This document shows positions 36,995 to 41,473 of a stretch of 41,473 nt of DNA, piece after piece. Source of the DNA: an uncultured Eubacteriales bacterium (GTDB lineage: Bacteria; Bacillota; Clostridia; Christensenellales; QAND01); NCBI GenBank assembly GCA_900546685.1, contig UREB01000001.1, forward strand, positions 1 through 41,473, given 5' to 3'. The translations under genes and the position numbers were made by a program. How positions within the stretch are numbered: the first letter of the stretch is position 1; the number at the start of each line of letters is the position of its first letter. The notes beneath the pieces were generated by a model. That model had not been told where the DNA came from, made no database searches, and worked only from the letters and a program-made list of their open reading frames with translations.

Positions 36995-37912
36995 TTGTCC
37001 GTTCCCAAAAGCCATGCCATGGCGTATGCGGCCATGGCGCTGTATGTGGTTTGCAGCTCGCTGCTTTCCCCGATGTATAAGCCCTGCCTGGCGGCGGGCA
37101 TGCAGCCCATCACCACGATGATGGTGCGCTTTCTCATCGTGGGCGCGGGGCTGCTGCTCTTTTCCTTTTCCACCAAGCCCCGACGGGCGGAAAGCTGCGG
37201 GTTTTTAAAGCAGAAAAATGTTTTAGGGCGCATGGTGGTCTTGGGTGTGCTGCGCTCGATCGAGCTATTGCTATGGTCGTATGCGCTGCGCGGCACCAAC
37301 ACCTTTGTCGTCAATATCCTGGGCAACTCCTCCCCGCTGTTCGTGCTGGCGGCCAGCGTGCTGATCTACCATGAAAAGGTGCCGTTCAAGGTGGCCTGCG
37401 GGCTGGGGGTTACGCTGTGCGGGCTGCTCATCGTCTCGCTGTCCGGCGGCAGCGGCGGCGCCAACCCGCTGAGCATCGTGCTGATGCTCACCGCCGCGCT
37501 GGATTATACCGTATCGCTGTTCATCAGCCGCGATCTGCGCACCGGCGCGCATCCCGTGCCCACTGCGCTGTTGATGGGCGTGCAGTTTGCGGTATGTACC
37601 GTGATCTTCATCGGCTTTTGCCTGGTAACCGGCGCGCCGCTGTTCCCGTATACGCCGAAATTGTGGGCACTGGTGTTGGGCATCACGTTTTGCAATACAT
37701 TTTTGGGGCTCATCATCCCCATTTGGGCGCTGGGCACGCTAAAGCCTGCAACGGTCAGCATCATTTCGCTGGCCAATCCGCTGGCCTCTGCCATCACCTG
37801 CTATTTTTTCCTGGGCGAAGTGCCCAATCTTCAGGTGATCATCGGCGGGCTCATCGTGCTTTTGGGCCTATTCCTCTATATCTGGCAGGATGAAAAGGCA
37901 AAATTGGCCTAG
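36995..37912 (+). CDS. DMT-superfamily (EamA-like) transporter, TTG start
   Basis: 305 aa, about 10 TM segments in two EamA-like halves. AGGAGG (36981-36986) lies 8 nt upstream of the TTG at 36995. Confidence 0.8.
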   Translation: MSVPKSHAMAYAAMALYVVCSSLLSPMYKPCLAAGMQPITTMMVRFLIVGAGLLLFSFSTKPRRAESCGFLKQKNVLGRMVVLGVLRSIELLLWSYALRGTNTFVVNILGNSSPLFVLAASVLIYHEKVPFKVACGLGVTLCGLLIVSLSGGSGGANPLSIVLMLTAALDYTVSLFISRDLRTGAHPVPTALLMGVQFAVCTVIFIGFCLVTGAPLFPYTPKLWALVLGITFCNTFLGLIIPIWALGTLKPATVSIISLANPLASAITCYFFLGEVPNLQVIIGGLIVLLGLFLYIWQDEKAKLA

Positions 37913-37929
37913 CGCATAGGAGGCTTTGG

Positions 37930-38661
37930 ATGAAGGAAAACAAGTATGACGACCCGCGTTTTTTTGAAAAGTACAGCCACATGAGCCGTTCGGAGCAGGG
38001 GCTCCAAGGCGCGGGCGAATGGCTCACCCTGGCCCCGCTGCTGCCAGCGTTTGCGGGCAAGCGCGTGCTGGATCTCGGCTGCGGCTACGGGTGGCACTGC
38101 GCCTATGCCGCCGACCAGGGCGCGGCATCCGTCATTGGGGTGGATCTATCCGCCAAAATGCTGGAAACCGCGCGGCAGAAAAATGCCCGCCCGCAGGTGC
38201 AGTACCAACAGGGCGCCATAGAGGACGCTGCGTTTCCGGATGGCAGCTTTGATGTGGTGCTCAGCTCGCTGGCGCTGCATTATGTGGCGGATTTTGATGC
38301 GGTGGCGCGGCGGGTATACGCCATGGTTGCGCCGGGCGGGTGGTTTGTCTTTTCCGCCGAGCATCCCATCTTTACCGCCCAGGGCCCGCAGGATTGGGAC
38401 TACGACGAATCCGGGCGCATCCGGCATTTTCCCGTAGACCATTACTTTTGCCAGGGGCCGCGCAACGCCGTGTTTTTGGGCGAGCCGGTACGAAAATACC
38501 ACCGCACGCTGACCGCATATCTGGAGGGGCTCCTCTGCTGCGGGTTTGCGCTGCGCCATGTGGTGGAGCCGCAGCCGCCCGAAGAGATGCTGGATATGCC
38601 CGGCATGCGCGACGAGCTGCGCCGCCCCATGATGCTCATCGTCTGTGCGCAAAAGCCGTAA
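37930..38661 (+). CDS. Class I SAM-dependent methyltransferase
   Basis: Motif I VLDLGCGYGW, post-I VIGVDLS, and motif II-like FDVVLSSLALHY. AGGAGG RBS. Confidence 0.85.
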   Translation: MKENKYDDPRFFEKYSHMSRSEQGLQGAGEWLTLAPLLPAFAGKRVLDLGCGYGWHCAYAADQGAASVIGVDLSAKMLETARQKNARPQVQYQQGAIEDAAFPDGSFDVVLSSLALHYVADFDAVARRVYAMVAPGGWFVFSAEHPIFTAQGPQDWDYDESGRIRHFPVDHYFCQGPRNAVFLGEPVRKYHRTLTAYLEGLLCCGFALRHVVEPQPPEEMLDMPGMRDELRRPMMLIVCAQKP

Positions 38662-38664
38662 AGC

Positions 38665-38695
38665 AAAAAAAGAGCGGAAGTTCCGCTCTTTTTCT
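38665..38695. terminator. Bidirectional rho-independent terminator
   Basis: A7-GAGCGGAA-GT-TTCCGCTC-T5, between convergent genes. Confidence 0.7.
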
Positions 38696-38701
38696 TTGCC
38701 G

Positions 38702-39393
38702 TCAAACGGCTGAAAAGCATGCCAGGAAGGTTTCCAGCGCGTCGTCCTCAAAATAGCTGATGACCATTTGGTACAGCCAATTTCCCTTTTTACACACCAG
38801 CATGGTCTGGTTCATGGTAAATTCCTGTCCGTTTTGCTCTATCGTACAGCGAAGATCCAGCGTTTCAAACTCCACGCCGGCCACGGTGCGCTGCGAAGGA
38901 TCGCCAAACTCGTAAGATACGTTTTCGCCGGTCTGTGCTTCCAGCGCATTTTCCATCTGGCGGACGTACATCGAGGGGGTTATGACCCCGCTTTGGTCTT
39001 TAACGGCGGAAATATTGATGTTGTTCCCCTCCGGCGTAACCGCCGCCATTTCCGTAACCACGTTGGCGTTGCTGCTCTGTTCCACCTGCAAAAGCTCCGC
39101 CCCCGCCTCTTGGGAATCTTGGATCTGCTCTTTGGTCTGCATGGTCATGTCGTCCGTTGCGGTAAACTTTAAGCCGATCCAGGCATTGGTGTATTCCGCA
39201 TCCGTACAGACGCCCGCTTCAAACTCGTCCTCTGCGTTGGCGGTAGGCGTTGCCTTGGCGGCGGCTGTGGGCGTTTCGGTGTTCGTCAGCGCACCGATGG
39301 CATCTTCGCGCTTTGCCCGCCGCAGCCTGCCAGCACCCCGCCTGCCAGCAACAGCGCCAAAAGACCGGCCGCCATCTTTTTGGTATGGTTCAT
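38702..39393 (-). pseudogene. Lipoprotein gene disrupted by a 1-nt frameshift (or assembly indel)
   Basis: ATG at 39391-39393 with AAGGAGAGGA RBS encodes MNHTKKMAAGLLALLLAGGVLAGCGGQSAKMPSVR, then TGA at 39286-39288. The signal peptide has an LAGC lipobox. The 148-aa track ORF (38702-39148) stays open upstream in a frame offset by 245 nt (mod 3 = 2), reading AKREDAIGALTNTETPTAAAKATPTANAEDEFEAGVCTDAEYTNAWIGLKFTATDD. Confidence 0.65.
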
Positions 39394-39463
39394 TGCTGTA
39401 TCCTCTCCTTTTCCCTGCTATCTATCATAGCATAGTATACCATGCGCACATGCCCGATGCGCA

Positions 39464-39492
39464 TAAAAAAACAGGGCCTTTCGGCCCTGTTT
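39464..39492 (-). terminator. Rho-independent terminator after the gltX-coupled lipoprotein gene
   Basis: The minus strand reads ACAGGGCC-GAAA-GGCCCTGT followed by T7. Confidence 0.7.
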
Positions 39493-39497
39493 GCGCA

Positions 39498-40100
39498 TCA
39501 TTTGAAGCGGATGGATTGGAAAAAGTTTTCCATGGTATGCTCGTTGTAGCCATCCTCCTCCGCGACATACACCAGCACATAGGCGGACTGCTCGTTCATG
39601 AATACGACATATTCGCCGCGCCGCGTTTTGCTGGGTAGCGGCTCCGCCTCGTCCTCATCCGGCGGCAGGGTAAACTTGTACCGGATACAGGCGCGGTCTT
39701 GGATGGTATCGTTGACTGCCGGCTCGTAAATGGCGCCGGCCAAGAGGGTATTCAGCATATTTTGCAGCAGCGCGGTAAACAGCTTGTCCTGGTCATAGGT
39801 ATGCCCGGCAGCCTCCCACGCCGTTTTGTAATCCTGCACCAGCTGGGCCCAATCTGCCTCCACGGCGGTATAGGTGGCGCCTTCGGTATAGTCCACGGTT
39901 TCGGTGGTGGTCAGCGTAAAGCTGGAGGAAAGGTTGATTTCCTCGATTTCGATGGGGATGCTCTGGGTGGTCTTGTTGACCTCGCCCGGCATTTCCACAA
40001 CGTAGTTGCCGGCGTCCACCTGCTGCGTGGCCACCCCGCCGCAGCCCGCCAGCATCAGCGACGCTAGCAGCAGCGAGAGCGTTGTTTTCAATCGTTTCAT
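39498..40100 (-). CDS. Lipoprotein, hypothetical (start trimmed to MKRLKTTLSLLLASLMLAGCGG)
   Basis: Signal peptide with an LAGC lipobox. The ATG at 40098-40100 overlaps the gltX TGA at 40097-40099 (ATGA). Confidence 0.75.
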   Translation of the reverse strand: MKRLKTTLSLLLASLMLAGCGGVATQQVDAGNYVVEMPGEVNKTTQSIPIEIEEINLSSSFTLTTTETVDYTEGATYTAVEADWAQLVQDYKTAWEAAGHTYDQDKLFTALLQNMLNTLLAGAIYEPAVNDTIQDRACIRYKFTLPPDEDEAEPLPSKTRRGEYVVFMNEQSAYVLVYVAEEDGYNEHTMENFFQSIRFK

Positions 40101-41473
40101 GCGTTTTGTCCGATCCTTTCCAAGCCGATTTGTATGCGGCGCAGGGTTTCCTCTTTGCCCAAGAGCACCGCCGCCTCCACCGCGCCGCCGGGGGTTACCT
40201 GCGTGCCGGTAACGGCCACGCGCACCGGCCAGAGCATCTGCCCGTTTTTCAGGCCCAGCTCGGCGGCTGCGCCAAGCAGCGCATCGTGGATGGCCTGCTG
40301 CTGCCAATCCTCAAGCGTGCCCAGCACCTGCTGCGCTTTTTCCAGCGCGATTTTGGATTTTTCCAAATCGGTCTTCATCTTTTTATGGCAATACATCGCC
40401 AGATCGTAATCCGGCAGCGCGCGCAAAAACGCGATCTTGTCCGGGATCTCGGCAAAGGTTTCCAGCCGCTGCTGCAAAATCTGGCACAGCACCTGCTTTT
40501 GGCTGTCGTTGGTGGGCAGCACCTGGTCGTAATACGGGGCGGCGTGCGCGGTAAACGCGGCCTCATCCATATGGCGGATGTACTCGGCATTCATCCAGCG
40601 CAGCTTGTTTTCATCGAAAATCGCCGGCGATTTGGAAATGCCCTTGACATCAAACGCCTCGGCCAGCTCTTCCATGGTAAACAGTTCTTGGTTGGTGCCG
40701 GGGTTCCAGCCCAAAAGCGCGATGTAGTTTAAAATCGCTTCCTTTAAAAAGCCGCGGCGGATAAAATCCTCATAGCTGGCGTCGCCATACCGTTTGGACA
40801 GCTTTCTGTGCGCATCCTTCATTACGGGCGGCAGATGCAGATACTGCGGAATTTCCCACCCGAACGCCTGGTAGATCAAATTGTATTTCGGCGTGCTGGA
40901 AAGGTATTCCGTGCCGCGGATGATATGGGTGATATGCATCAGGCTGTCGTCCACGACGTTGGCAAAATTATACGTCGGCAGGCCGTCGCTTTTCAATAGG
41001 ATGCCATCCTCCAATTCGTGAACATCCACCTCAATATGGCCATAGACCAGATCGTCAAACGAGGCGGTGCCGCTGTCAGGGATACGCTGGCGCACCACAT
41101 ACGGTTCGCCGTTTGCAATGCGGCGGCGCGCCTGTTCCAGCGGGATATCCGCGCATTTCCGATCGTATTTATACGCACCCTCTTCGTGCCCTGCGGCCTT
41201 GCGGCGCTGCTCTATCTCCTCTTTGGTGCAAAAGCAGTAGTACGCCCCGCCCCTTTCCACCAGCTCGTCGGCGTATTTTTGGTAGATCTCGCGCCGCTGG
41301 CTCTGGATATACGGGCCATAGGGGCCGCCTACGTCCGGCCCCTCGTCATAGGTAAGGCCGGTTTGCTTCATCGTCCGGTAGATCAAATCGGTTGCGCCCT
41401 CCACATAGCGCTGCTGGTCGGTATCCTCCACGCGCAAAACAAACTTGCCGCCGTGGTTTTTTGCAAACAGCCA
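40097..41473 (-). CDS. gltX: Glutamate--tRNA ligase, C-terminal about 458 codons (N-terminus beyond the right edge)
   Basis: The reading frame is open to the window edge (WLFAKNHGGKFVLRVEDTDQQR). KLSKR (KMSKS-type) motif present, plus a C-terminal anticodon-binding domain. Confidence 0.92.
   Translation of the reverse strand, partial: WLFAKNHGGKFVLRVEDTDQQRYVEGATDLIYRTMKQTGLTYDEGPDVGGPYGPYIQSQRREIYQKYADELVERGGAYYCFCTKEEIEQRRKAAGHEEGAYKYDRKCADIPLEQARRRIANGEPYVVRQRIPDSGTASFDDLVYGHIEVDVHELEDGILLKSDGLPTYNFANVVDDSLMHITHIIRGTEYLSSTPKYNLIYQAFGWEIPQYLHLPPVMKDAHRKLSKRYGDASYEDFIRRGFLKEAILNYIALLGWNPGTNQELFTMEELAEAFDVKGISKSPAIFDENKLRWMNAEYIRHMDEAAFTAHAAPYYDQVLPTNDSQKQVLCQILQQRLETFAEIPDKIAFLRALPDYDLAMYCHKKMKTDLEKSKIALEKAQQVLGTLEDWQQQAIHDALLGAAAELGLKNGQMLWPVRVAVTGTQVTPGGAVEAAVLLGKEETLRRIQIGLERIGQNA

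Overview
GC-rich, gene-dense chromosomal segment with strong GGAGG-type RBSs and GC3-skewed codons. Gene content suggests a Clostridia / Oscillospiraceae-like butyrate producer; this taxon guess is inference only. Most genes are on the minus strand.

Layout:
- Core genes frame the window: dnaB(partial)-rplI-serS at the left, argS with a divergent tRNA-Arg(ACG), and gltX(partial) at the right.
- 7.6-9.7 kb: divergent LysR / YeiH-type pair.
- 9.85-14.2 kb: glyco-module. A GT2+TPR protein-type glycosyltransferase and a 67-aa hyper-acidic peptide sit divergent from a Cys-rich collagen-like (GXT)n protein, followed by a CDP-alditol synthesis pair.
- 14.4-18.2 kb: butyryl-CoA:acetate CoA-transferase-like gene and small accessory genes (ANT(6)-like half-size nucleotidyltransferase, ATC-hydrolase-family protein, YoaK, GNAT).
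- 18.2-25.0 kb: ABC-transporter-dependent rhamnose glycopolymer locus (2 GT2, rmlA-D-B-C, Wzm/Wzt).
- 25.2-27.2 kb: membrane-anchored TPR/transglutaminase-like protein whose reading frame continues for 101 codons past an in-frame TGA, plus a GNAT.
- 27.3-32.5 kb: four-gene rare-sugar operon (FGGY kinase, FucI-family isomerase, PMI-like cupin, ketose-3-epimerase-like TIM barrel).
- 32.7-40.1 kb: DarA, G5+M23 peptidase, HSL-type esterase, M42 peptidase, DMT transporter plus methyltransferase, and two lipoproteins (one frameshifted).

No CRISPR, transposase, integrase, phage or recognisable defence genes were seen. The best candidate for an undescribed system is the collagen-like / GT2-TPR / acidic-peptide module, possibly with the adjacent CDP-alditol genes. 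All family assignments come from motif recognition by eye, not database searches.
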